DNA of 64,000 nt from an uncultured Spirochaetota bacterium (GTDB lineage Bacteria > Spirochaetota > Spirochaetia > SZUA-6 > Fen-1364). A model generated the notes under the pieces. That model was not told the DNA's origin and ran no database searches. It saw only the letters and a list, made by a program, of their open reading frames with translations. Location: assembly GCA_963781885.1 (NCBI GenBank), contig CAWAHW010000004.1, positions 64,001 through 128,000 of the forward strand, read 5' to 3'. The position numbers were made by a program, and so were the translations under genes. Positions 18,446 through 27,747 of the stretch are shown piece by piece (within the stretch, counting starts at the first letter, position 1; every line of letters begins with the position of its first letter).

Positions 18446-19197
18446 AGGTGGAGATTTACAGGACCGTGAAGAGCAGGGATATCCTGCTGGAGTTCTACGA
18501 CGGCGTGATGCATGGATGGAGCTTCCGCATGAATCGCTAATGGTTCCGACCCGGTTCGGCGAAACGCACATCATCATGGCAGGCAGCGTCGGCACGCCCG
18601 CGCTCGTGCTGCTGCACGGCGCTGCATCCAACCTGCTGGGCTGGAGCGGTGCCATTCCAGAATACAGTGGAGATTTCCGTGTGATCGCCCTGGACATCCC
18701 CGGCGAGGCAGGCAAGAGCGCCCCGGTGCGCCCGTCCTGGAACAACGACGACTACGTGCGGTGGCTGGACGATGTGCTGAATGCGACGGGAACAGAAAGG
18801 GCGGCGCTGCTGGGAATTTCCTTCGGGGGATGGCTAGCGGCAAAGTACGCGACGTACCGGCCCGAGCGGGCGAGCAAGCTCGCGCCGTTCTCACCCGCGG
18901 GCATCGCACCGGCCAGGACGTCGGCGATCGTGAAAACGATCCTGTATTCGATGCAGAAGGAAAAAGGAGCGAAAAAGATAAAGCGCCTGGTGTTCGGCAC
19001 GGGACGACGAGCTCAAGCGCATCTCATGCCCCGTGATGATGACGACGGGCGGAGAGGACGCCTTCTTCAACGCCCGAAAGGCGGCCGCACGGCTGAAGCG
19101 CTGCCTGCCCGATGCGAGAATCAACATCATTCGCCATGGCACGCACGGCATCACGGAATACGGAGGAAGCATCGCGCGTTTCCTTGTGGACGGATAA
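18442..19197 (+). pseudogene. Alpha/beta hydrolase, frameshifted and apparently internally deleted
   Basis: ATG overlaps the padR stop (MKVEIYRT). Frame change at about 18519 to ELPHES..LLHG..GISFGG. Second change at about 19003 to DDELKRISCPV..GEDAFF..THG..FLVDG*. The cap segment looks too short. Confidence 0.7.
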
Positions 19198-19372
19198 ATC
19201 ACGCCGGGCGCCGCCGTGCCCGATTCCTTCCCGGAGGCGTCGTCTCCGAGCACGAGACGGCGATGGACGGCTTCGCCCGGGGGACCTGCTCCAGCCCAAG
19301 ACGCGATGAGCTGACATCGCGTGATGGCTCCTCCCGTGCACGGCGGGTGGAAGAAGCGCGCGCAGAAAATTG

Positions 19373-19430
19373 TTGACATCCTCCCGCGGCGGTCTCATAC
19401 TGCAGCGGCTGGTGGTAATACCACCAGCCG
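19373..19430 (+). promoter_or_regulatory. Sigma70 promoter and FadR/GntR operator
   Basis: TTGACA-17 bp-CATACT. Perfect 12-1-12 palindrome CGGCTGGTGGTA-A-TACCACCAGCCG (19406-19430) with a TGGT-N3-ACCA core. Confidence 0.85.
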
Positions 19431-19446
19431 TCACCGGAGGAAAGGC

Positions 19447-20151
19447 GTGAAACAGCTTCTCAAGCCCGTCCAACTCCCCACCCTCAGGAAAGAGGTGGTC
19501 CGCCAGATTGAGGACCTCATCCTTTCCGGCCAGGTCAAGCCTGAGGAGAGGCTGCCCCCCGAACGCGACCTTGCGTCGCTCCTGGGCGTCTCCCGCCCGG
19601 TCGTGCACGCGGCCATCATGGAGCTGGAGCAGAAGGGCCTGGTGCGCAGCGAGCCGCGGCACGGCTGCTTCGTCAACGACTATCGCCAGTCCGGCAGCGC
19701 GGAGCTCCTGACCTCCCTGTGGCGCCACGGCGGCGACAAGCTTGCCCCTGCAATCGTGGAAAGCATGATGGAGCTGCGTGTCGCCGTGGAGCAGGAAGCC
19801 GCGTCCCGTGTCGCGCGGCTGGGAGACCGCACGCTCTGCCGGGAGCTGCGCCGCATCCTGGATGAGGCCGATGCGTTGCCGGCGTCGGACGCGGCTGCGC
19901 AGGTGGAGTACGACTACCGCTTCCACTTCACCATTGCGCTTCGCAGCAACAACATCGTCTATCCCATGCTCATGAACACTTTCAAGCAGATGTACTTTTC
20001 CATCCTGACGGGCTTCTTCGAGAACCAGGCAGTGGTTCCCCGTGTGCACAAGTACCGCCGCAACCTCCTGGCTGCCATCGAAAAGAAGAACCCGAACCGG
20101 GCCCGGGACCTGATGCGGAAGCTGAGCAAGGTGAGCTCCTATGAACGGTAA
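19447..20151 (+). CDS. GntR/FadR family transcriptional regulator
   Basis: RLPPERDLASLLGVSRPVV, FCD domain DYRFH..SNN. SD GGAGG precedes the GTG. Confidence 0.9.
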   Translation: MKQLLKPVQLPTLRKEVVRQIEDLILSGQVKPEERLPPERDLASLLGVSRPVVHAAIMELEQKGLVRSEPRHGCFVNDYRQSGSAELLTSLWRHGGDKLAPAIVESMMELRVAVEQEAASRVARLGDRTLCRELRRILDEADALPASDAAAQVEYDYRFHFTIALRSNNIVYPMLMNTFKQMYFSILTGFFENQAVVPRVHKYRRNLLAAIEKKNPNRARDLMRKLSKVSSYER

Positions 20152-21889
20152 GCTGCTCCAGCGGTCCCGACGGGCGCTGCGCAAGACGGGCATGCGGGAC
20201 GTCACGTGCGAGGATCTCGGAGAGTCGATCAGGCTGACGGGCGAGCTTCCGACGTGGGAGAGGAAGGTGCAGGCCGGGCATATCGCCGCGGCCCGCGGCC
20301 ACTGTGAGGTTGTGAACGACGTCGTGGTCCCGGGGTTGACCGAGCCTGCCATGAGCGTCCCTGGCTTCACGGATTCAAGCCTGGAGGGAGCGGAGTACGA
20401 CGTTGTGGTGGTGGGCGCCGGAGTGATTGGCGCGGCCGTTGCGCGGGAGCTCTCACGCCATCGACTTCGGATCGCCGTGGTGGAGAAGGAAGATGATGTC
20501 GCGTTCAACACGACAAGCCGCAACGATGGCATGGTTCACCCCGGACTGGAGCCCACGCATGGCACTCTGAAAGCGTCCTGCAACACCCGGGGAAATCGCA
20601 TGTATACGCAGGTGTCGCAGGAGCTGGGCTTCGAGCTGCAACGCCCGGGCTCCATCATGCTCTTTGACAGGAGAATCAAGTGGCTGCTCGTGCCGCTGCT
20701 GGCCCGCCGCTGCCGAAGGAACGGCGTCCCGGGAGAGTGGCGCTACGTCTCAGGCCGCGAGGTCCGGCGCCTGGAGCCGCACGTCACGCCGCGTCAGCGC
20801 GGCGGCTTCTACGTGAGCTGCACGGGCATCGTCAATCCCTTTGAGGTGACCATTGCGTACGCGGAAAACGCGGCGCAAAACGGCGTGGTCTTCCACCTTC
20901 AGACCGCGGTGCTCGGCTTTGGCACCGTGGATAACGGAGACGGCAGACGCATCGACACCGTGCGCACGAACCGCGGCACGCTTTCAACGCGCGCCGTCGT
21001 GAACGCCGCGGGAAACTGGGCGGACGTGGTGGCTGCCTCCGCGGGGGACCGCTCGTTCTCTCTTCACGGGCGACGGGGGGTGGACGCGATCATTGACAAG
21101 CGTCTTGTGGATACGCAACGCCACGTGCTCGGCATGCCCATGTTCCTGAAGAGCATGGAAAGCCACAGCAAAGGCGGCGGCCTGGTGGTCACCGTTGAAG
21201 GCAACCTCCTTGCAGGCCCAACGGCCGCGGAAACGCCGTACCGGGAGGACTACTCCACGACAGCCGCGGACCTGGCCGAGCTCACGCGTCACCTTGAGCT
21301 GAACACATCCGTCCTGCCGACGGACATCATCACGTACTTTGCCGGTGTCCGGCCCGCAAGCTATTCGGAGGACTTCATCATCCGAAGGTCTTCCACGGTC
21401 GGAAACCTCATCCACGCCGCGGGAATCCAGTCTCCCGGCCTCGCCTCAGCGCCCGCCATAGCGGTGGACGTGGCCGCCTTCACCGTTGAAGCGCTGTCGG
21501 AACGCCAGCAGGTGCTCCCCAACACGGACTTCGTGGCTACGCGAAAGCCGCGGATCCGGCCCGGACGGCTCCCGCTCGCGGAGCGCGCGCGCTGCATCGC
21601 GGAGCGCCCGGACTACGGACGGATCGTTTGCCGCTGCGAGGAAGTCTCGGAGGGCGAAGTGAGGGACGCGCTGCGCTCCCCCTTGAAGGTGTCCAGCCTG
21701 GACGCGGTCAAGCGTCGGACACGGGCGGGCACGGGGAGGTGCCACGGCGGTTTTTGCCTGCCCCGGCTCATCGAGATCATCGCGGACGAGACGGGCCAGC
21801 CGCTCACGGGCATCCGAAAGAAAGGTCACGACTCGTACCTGGTGGCAGCGGAGACCAAGAAACCCGTGACGGAGGCCACGCATGGCTGA
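20141..21889 (+). CDS. GlpA-like FAD-dependent dehydrogenase with N-terminal BON-like domain and C-terminal BFD-like [2Fe-2S] domain
   Basis: VVVGAGVIG, SRNDGMVH, FAGVRP, AGIQSPGLASAP, CRCEEV..KRRTRAGTGRCHGGFC. Confidence 0.87.
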   Translation: MNGKLLQRSRRALRKTGMRDVTCEDLGESIRLTGELPTWERKVQAGHIAAARGHCEVVNDVVVPGLTEPAMSVPGFTDSSLEGAEYDVVVVGAGVIGAAVARELSRHRLRIAVVEKEDDVAFNTTSRNDGMVHPGLEPTHGTLKASCNTRGNRMYTQVSQELGFELQRPGSIMLFDRRIKWLLVPLLARRCRRNGVPGEWRYVSGREVRRLEPHVTPRQRGGFYVSCTGIVNPFEVTIAYAENAAQNGVVFHLQTAVLGFGTVDNGDGRRIDTVRTNRGTLSTRAVVNAAGNWADVVAASAGDRSFSLHGRRGVDAIIDKRLVDTQRHVLGMPMFLKSMESHSKGGGLVVTVEGNLLAGPTAAETPYREDYSTTAADLAELTRHLELNTSVLPTDIITYFAGVRPASYSEDFIIRRSSTVGNLIHAAGIQSPGLASAPAIAVDVAAFTVEALSERQQVLPNTDFVATRKPRIRPGRLPLAERARCIAERPDYGRIVCRCEEVSEGEVRDALRSPLKVSSLDAVKRRTRAGTGRCHGGFCLPRLIEIIADETGQPLTGIRKKGHDSYLVAAETKKPVTEATHG

Positions 21890-23168
21890 GCGGGCGTCAG
21901 ACGTCGCCGTGATCGGCGGAGGCCCGGCAGGGCTGCAAGCAGCAAGGTCCGCGGCTGACGCCGGAGCGCGCGTCCTGATCGTGGAGCGCGAAGAGAGGCT
22001 GGGAGGCATCCTCAAGCAGTGCGTCCACGACGGGTTTGGAGTCATGGAGTACGGAGAGCGGCTCACGGGCCCCGAGTATGCCTGCCGCGACATCGCCGCA
22101 ATCAAGAATCGCGACATCCCGTATGAGACCAGCGCCTTCGTGCATTCCCTTGCCCGGGACGGAAACGCCTGGACCATCACGCTGGTGACGCCTCGGGGAG
22201 GCGTGGAGGAGCTGCGCTGCCGCAGCGTGATCATGGCAACAGGCTGCCGCGAGCGCACGGACAGGCAGGTGTTCCTGCAGGGGGACAGGCCTGCCGGCAT
22301 CTTCACGGCGGGCCAGGCCCAGCGCCTCATCAACATCAACGGCGTGCTGCCGGGAAAGCGCGTGGTCATCCTGGGATCGGGAGACATCGGCCTCATCATG
22401 GCCCGGCGCTTCACGCTGGAAGGCGCCGCCGTGCTGGGGATCTACGAGATCAAGGACGCGCCATCAGGCCTCACGCGCAACATCGCGCAGTGCGTGGAGG
22501 ACTGGAGCATCCCCCTGCATCTCAAGACCACCGTCACGAAGATCCACGGCCGTGACCGCGTGGAAGCAGTCACCGTCTGCCCGGTGGACGCAAATGGAAG
22601 ACCCGATCTTGACCGCGGCTGCCGCGTGGCCTGTGACACGCTTGTGCTGAGCGTGGGACTCATCCCGGAAGACGACATTCTCTGGGGCCTTGGCCTCGCG
22701 ATGGACGAGCGCACGCGCGGACCCTTCGTCAACCAGCACCGTGAGACCGCGATGCCCGGCCTGTACGTCTGCGGCAATGCACTCCACGTGTATGACCTGG
22801 TGGACTACGTCTCTGAATGCGGCCGCACCGCGGGCCAGAGCGCTGCCCGATACTGCGCCGGGCCTGCCGGAGCGGCGCGCCCTCCCGGGCTTCTCCTCCA
22901 GGCCGCGGACGAGCTTCTCTACCAGGTGCCGCAATACGTGGATCCGGGCGCCGTGGAGCCGCCGGCATTCTTCTACAGGGTGCGGCGCGCCATGGAGCGG
23001 GCCGTCCTTACGATCTCCGTGGAAGAAAGGGAGCTGGAAAGCAGGCCCTTGAGATACTGCAGACCGCAGGAAATGGAGCGCTATGAGATGGCCCCTGCCA
23101 CGTGGGAGGGCATGAGATCCGCGCGATGTCCGGTGCGGCTGTCTGTTCAGGAGGTTCGCCATGGGTAA
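21882..23168 (+). CDS. NAD(P)/FAD-dependent oxidoreductase (GlpA partner type)
   Basis: IGGGPAG, GGILKQCVHDGFG, ATGCRER, GSGDIGLIMARR, CGNALHVYDLVD. Confidence 0.88.
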   Translation: MAERASDVAVIGGGPAGLQAARSAADAGARVLIVEREERLGGILKQCVHDGFGVMEYGERLTGPEYACRDIAAIKNRDIPYETSAFVHSLARDGNAWTITLVTPRGGVEELRCRSVIMATGCRERTDRQVFLQGDRPAGIFTAGQAQRLININGVLPGKRVVILGSGDIGLIMARRFTLEGAAVLGIYEIKDAPSGLTRNIAQCVEDWSIPLHLKTTVTKIHGRDRVEAVTVCPVDANGRPDLDRGCRVACDTLVLSVGLIPEDDILWGLGLAMDERTRGPFVNQHRETAMPGLYVCGNALHVYDLVDYVSECGRTAGQSAARYCAGPAGAARPPGLLLQAADELLYQVPQYVDPGAVEPPAFFYRVRRAMERAVLTISVEERELESRPLRYCRPQEMERYEMAPATWEGMRSARCPVRLSVQEVRHG

Positions 23169-23526
23169 TTTCCCCCTTGCACGGACGTGCATCGCCTGCC
23201 CGCGGGGATGCCGCCTGGATATTCAAAAGCGTGGAGAGGAGCTCGTTGTGAGCGGCAACGGCTGTCCCAAAGGCGTGCCGTACGGCATCCAGGAGGCCAC
23301 GGCGCCGCAGCGCATCCTCACAACCACGGTCCGAACGACCTTTGCGGACTTGCCGCGGCTCCCGGTCAAAAGCTCCGCGGAGGTGCCGCTTGCGGAGATT
23401 CCAAGGCTCATGCGGCTCATCGACGCCGTGTGCGTGGACCGCGCGGTGGGCTGCGGAGATGCCGTGCTCCGGGGTCTTCTGTCTCCCGGCGTGGACCTGA
23501 TCTGCACGGACGAATCATATGCGTGA
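23161..23526 (+). CDS. DUF1667 family CxxC metal-binding protein
   Basis: TCIACPRGC, GNGCPKG, ILTTTV, RLPVKS. Confidence 0.85.
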   Translation: MGNFPLARTCIACPRGCRLDIQKRGEELVVSGNGCPKGVPYGIQEATAPQRILTTTVRTTFADLPRLPVKSSAEVPLAEIPRLMRLIDAVCVDRAVGCGDAVLRGLLSPGVDLICTDESYA

Positions 23527-25152
23527 CCTCCTGTGCGCCATAGATTGCGGCACGCAGAGCCTGCGCCTGATGCTCTTCCACCCGGACGGCAGGGTGGAAG
23601 GCGGCCAACATATCCACTACCAGCCCTACAGCACGCCGCATCCGGGGTGGGCGGAGCAGGACCCGCAGGTTTTCTGGAACGCGCTGTGCCGCGCCGGCCT
23701 CTGCGTCTTGCATACGGCAAAGCTCAGGGATCGCGTGGCAGCGGTGGGTGTCACGTCGCAACGCGACACCATGATCTGCATGGACAGGGACGGACAGGCG
23801 CTTCGGCCGGCCATCACGTGGCTGGACACGAGAAAGGATCCGGTTTCTACCGCCCAGGACTTCCCATGCGCGTTCTCTACCGCCTTGCAGGAATGACGGA
23901 CACCATGGCGAAAACAATGGCCGACGGAAAAGTGAACTGGATCCGCCGCAATGAGCCTGAGATCTGGGAGAAGACATGGAAGTACGTCCAGGTGTCGGGG
24001 TTCCTGAACTTCAGGCTTTCCGGGGAGGTGGTGGATTCCGTTTCGTCCATCGTCGGCCACGTGCCGATGGACTACCGTGGAAGGCGTTGGGCGTCCCCGC
24101 ATGATCTGACGTCCCGCATCTTCCCCGTGGAGCAGGAGAAACTCTATACGCTCGTCGAGCCCGGCACACGGATCGGAGAGGTCACCAGGGAGGCGGCAAG
24201 AGCCACCGGCCTCCGCCCGGCATCCCGCTTGTCGCCTGTGGAGCGGACAAGGCTTGTGAGACACTTGGCCTCGGTGTGAAGGATCCCAGCGTGGCCTCTC
24301 TCAGCTTCGGCACGACGGCGACGGTGGAGGTGATGACACCGCGCTACTTCGAGCCCCTGCCATTCATCCCCGCCTACTGCGCCGCGCGTCCGGGCTACTA
24401 CAATCCGGAAGATCGAGGTTCTCCGCGGCTACTGGATGATAAGCTGGTTCAAGGAAGTGATGGCCTACCATGAGAGAGAGGAAGCAGAGCGCACGGGCGC
24501 CTGTCCAGAGGATCTCCTTGACCCGCTCCTGGATGAAAGCCCTCCGGGAAACCGCGGGCTCCTGCTGCAGCCCTTTTGGGGCCCCGGGCTGCTTCGGCCG
24601 CACGCGCGCGGCGCCATTGTCGGTTTCGGGGATTGCCATGACCGCGCGGCCGTCTATCGGGCGATCGTGGAGGGTTTGGCCTACTCTCTCCGCGAAGGGC
24701 TTGAGTCCCTGCAGCGCAGCGGACACGCGACGATCCGCTCTGCGGCCGCCTCGGGCGGAGCGAGCAGGAACAGCCGCATCTGCCAGATCACGGCTGACGT
24801 CCTGGGAAAGCCGCTCGTGCGCGGCGTGACACCGGAGGCGAGCGCTCTGGGCGCTGCCCTGATCACGGCGGTGGGGGCGGGAATACATTCCGGCTTTGAT
24901 GAAGCCGTCGCGGCCATGATTCACCCCGGAGATGAGTTCCATCCGCGCAAGGACCTTCGCGCGCTCTATGACGATCTGTACGGCGTCTACGAGTCCGTGT
25001 TCCCATCGATGGACGGCATCTACCGCAGGCTCCGACGCATCACGGGTCATCCAGAAATCGCGCCGTCGAACGTGCAGGCGGCGCGCGCGCCGGCCTCCCG
25101 CGTCCCCGCTTCGCGCGCGCCAGCGCCCCGCGCCGCGGCATCGCACCTGTAG
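23519..25152 (+). CDS. FGGY family carbohydrate/glycerol-type kinase (three 1-nt frameshifts about 23838, 24218, 24410)
   Basis: AIDCGTQS, PGWAEQDP, TSQRDT, PAITWLD; GADKACE; SFGTTAT; RAIVEG, SGGASR, EASALGAA. The motifs are spread over four frame segments. Confidence 0.85.
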
Positions 25153-25166
25153 AGGAGACACTCGCC

Positions 25167-26921
25167 ATGTCAAAGTACAAGGGCTTCAGGCCGGACTGGG
25201 AGCACCTCCCGCCGCCTGCCGGTTCTTTCCGTTCCCTCCTGAAATGGGGAAGCCCGACGGAGTTCAAGGCGCCCAATGAGCCCCTCTATCGACTCATGAA
25301 GCAGACGTTCGGCCTGACGGACGAAGATTTCACGCACAAGCTCGACGAGGGTCTTGATCCCGTGTGTGACACGGTCCCTTCCCGGATGGACCCGGCGCAC
25401 GTCGCGTTCCTGCGCTCGGTGGTGGGAGAGCAGAACGTATCGCTGGACACATTTGCGCGGCTCTCCGTGGCATATGGCAAGACCATGTGGGACGTCTACC
25501 GGCTGCGGGAAAAGCTCATGGAGAACCTGCCGGACGCGGTTGCATATCCGTCAGAAAAGGCCCAGATAGAACGGATCGTGGAGTACTGCGGCCGCCACGC
25601 CATTGCGCTGTACGTCTATGGCGGCGGCTCCTCGGTGACCCGGGGTGTGGAAGCATTTCGGGGCGGAATCACGCTGGACATGCGGCGCAGCTTCACCAAG
25701 GTCATCTCCTTCAGCGAGGCGAACAGCACGATCACGGTGGAGGCAGGCATCAGCGGGCCGAAGCTGGAGGACGCGCTGAACAGGGCGCCGGAGCTTTTTG
25801 GCGCGGCGCACGCATATACCTGCGGCCATTTCCCCCAGTCCTTCGAGTACTCGTCAGTTGGCGGCTGGGTCGTGACCCGGGGCGCGGGACAGAACTCCAC
25901 CTATTACGGCAACATCCATGACCTGGTGATGGGCCAGGAGTACGCCACCCCGCGCGGCCCGGTCAGAAGCTATGGCCTGCCCGCGCACGCGGTGGGTCCG
26001 GACATCGATGAGATCATGATGGGAAGCGAGGGCGCCTTCGGCGTTCTCACGCACGTGACGCTGAAGGTCTTTCGGCTCACGGCGGCCAACCGTCAGAAGT
26101 TCAGCTACATCTTCCCCAGCTGGGAGTCCGGCCGCAAGGCGGTTCGGGAGATCATGCAGGCCGGGGCAGGCTTCCCGTCGGTTTTCCGTCTCTCTGATCC
26201 CGAAGAGACCGATGTTGCCCTCAAGCAGTACTCCGTTGAGGGCACGCCGCTTGACACGGCCATGCGGCTCCTGGGCTACAAGCCCCGCCGCCGCTGCCTT
26301 CTCCTGGGCTGGACGGAGGGGGAGCGCGGGTTCGCACGGAACCTGCGGCACGTTGTGGGACGCATTGCGCGCCGCGCGGGCGGCCTTTCTCTCACCTCCT
26401 ACCCCACCATCAAGTGGGAGCACAGTCGATTCCGGGACCCCTACTTGCGCGAGGCGCTCCATGACTACGGCGTGGTGATCGACACCATGGAATGCGGCGT
26501 CACATGGGAGAGCATGGAACGGGTGTGGGCTGGCGTACGCGCCTTTGCCAAATCCCGGCCGCGCACGATCTGCATGACGCACCTGTCTCACATGTACCCG
26601 CAAGGCGCCAACCTCTACTTCATCTTCATTGGGCGCTTCAAGGACAAGGAAGAGTACCTCGAGTATCAGAGCGGGATCTTCGACAACATCCAGGCCCTGG
26701 GCGCGAGCATGAGCCACCATCACGGCGTGGGAAAGGCCACTGCGCGATGGGTGGAGGATTCAATCGGGCGGGAGCAGCTCGAGCTTTTCCGCGCCCTGAA
26801 GCACCACTTTGATCCTGAAGACGTGATGAACCCCGGTGGCACTGTCGCGCTGGACCTCCCGGATTCGGAAAAACGCGTACCTCGATTCGCGCTCCGCGGC
26901 TGGGACGATCCCGCGTATTGA
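25167..26921 (+). CDS. FAD-binding oxidoreductase, alkyl-dihydroxyacetonephosphate synthase (AGPS/ADAS)-like
   Basis: YGGGSSVT, GHFPQSFEYSSVGGWVVTRGAGQNSTYYGNI, GSEGAFG, VFRLSD, DTME, HLSHMYPQGANLYF, SHHHGVGK, DPEDVMNPG. Confidence 0.87.
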   Translation: MSKYKGFRPDWEHLPPPAGSFRSLLKWGSPTEFKAPNEPLYRLMKQTFGLTDEDFTHKLDEGLDPVCDTVPSRMDPAHVAFLRSVVGEQNVSLDTFARLSVAYGKTMWDVYRLREKLMENLPDAVAYPSEKAQIERIVEYCGRHAIALYVYGGGSSVTRGVEAFRGGITLDMRRSFTKVISFSEANSTITVEAGISGPKLEDALNRAPELFGAAHAYTCGHFPQSFEYSSVGGWVVTRGAGQNSTYYGNIHDLVMGQEYATPRGPVRSYGLPAHAVGPDIDEIMMGSEGAFGVLTHVTLKVFRLTAANRQKFSYIFPSWESGRKAVREIMQAGAGFPSVFRLSDPEETDVALKQYSVEGTPLDTAMRLLGYKPRRRCLLLGWTEGERGFARNLRHVVGRIARRAGGLSLTSYPTIKWEHSRFRDPYLREALHDYGVVIDTMECGVTWESMERVWAGVRAFAKSRPRTICMTHLSHMYPQGANLYFIFIGRFKDKEEYLEYQSGIFDNIQALGASMSHHHGVGKATARWVEDSIGREQLELFRALKHHFDPEDVMNPGGTVALDLPDSEKRVPRFALRGWDDPAY

Positions 26922-27017
26922 AGCAGGCGCGGCGGTTTTCCGCAGCCCCCCTGCCCCGGACGGCCGTGTGGCGCGGTAAAGCGCCAATGGTGGGCGCACG
27001 GCGCCGGCGGGGACAGC

Positions 27018-27046
27018 TTGACCATTATGCCGGCGCGGATTAAGGT
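27018..27046 (+). promoter_or_regulatory. Possible sigma70 promoter
   Basis: TTGACC-17 bp-TAAGGT upstream of SD AGGAG and ATG 27087. Confidence 0.45.
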
Positions 27047-27086
27047 CTGATTCAATCCTTCATCCTCTCCATAGGAGACACCTCTG

Positions 27087-27743
27087 ATGAAAAAAAGCCT
27101 GGCTGCAGCGCTCATGTTGCTCGGAGCAACAACGGCTTACTCGGCGCCCCTCCTCCCCCCGTCCTGGGGCGCCATCTTCTACGCGTCCGGCGGCTACAGT
27201 GCGGACACGGTCACCTACACGTCGACGGCCGCCCTCCCGACAAGAGTGGACGCATCGGGGCTCGTCCTTGAGCTCGGGGGCTCCGTGCGTTGGATCCCGG
27301 TCACTTTTCTCGCCGCGGAGGCCACTGTCGGAAGCGACTGGTATACAGGGGTCGACGGAGCGTTGACGCGGATGGGGACGCTGAGTCCTTTTGGCAGCTC
27401 CACTATCTACACCGACTCCTCCGACTACGCAAGTGGAGACGACGAGTCCATCTTCCTGGCCGCAGACGTTTATCTCTGCCTTCCCTTCCTGCCCTTCAAC
27501 CTGTTTGCCGGCTACAAGCACAACTGGTTCATCGCGAGCCTGGTGACCACGATGGTGGGCTCCGACGAGCTGCGCTTCGGCGTTGAGATCCTTGCCACCC
27601 GCTTTCTCTCCGTGAAGATCGCGGGAGAGATCCCTTTCGCGTACGGAGCCACCTACACGATGATGGACGGCGCCACGGTCAGTCCCGGCTCCGGCTACAA
27701 CATCACCGCGGAAGCCGTCTACAGATTCGACTCCGGGGAGTAA
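27087..27743 (+). CDS. Exported hypothetical protein, possible small outer-membrane beta-barrel
   Basis: Signal peptide MKKSLAAALMLLGATTAYSA, alternating hydrophobic strands, C-terminal ITAEAVYRF. Confidence 0.65.
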   Translation: MKKSLAAALMLLGATTAYSAPLLPPSWGAIFYASGGYSADTVTYTSTAALPTRVDASGLVLELGGSVRWIPVTFLAAEATVGSDWYTGVDGALTRMGTLSPFGSSTIYTDSSDYASGDDESIFLAADVYLCLPFLPFNLFAGYKHNWFIASLVTTMVGSDELRFGVEILATRFLSVKIAGEIPFAYGATYTMMDGATVSPGSGYNITAEAVYRFDSGE

Positions 27744-27747
27744 GCTA

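Noticed and set aside
25075-25145. Degenerate 15-bp repeats (ARAPA SRVPA SRAPA PRAAA)
   Set aside because: This is a low-complexity C-terminal tail of the kinase with no spacers, so it is not a CRISPR array or mobile repeat.
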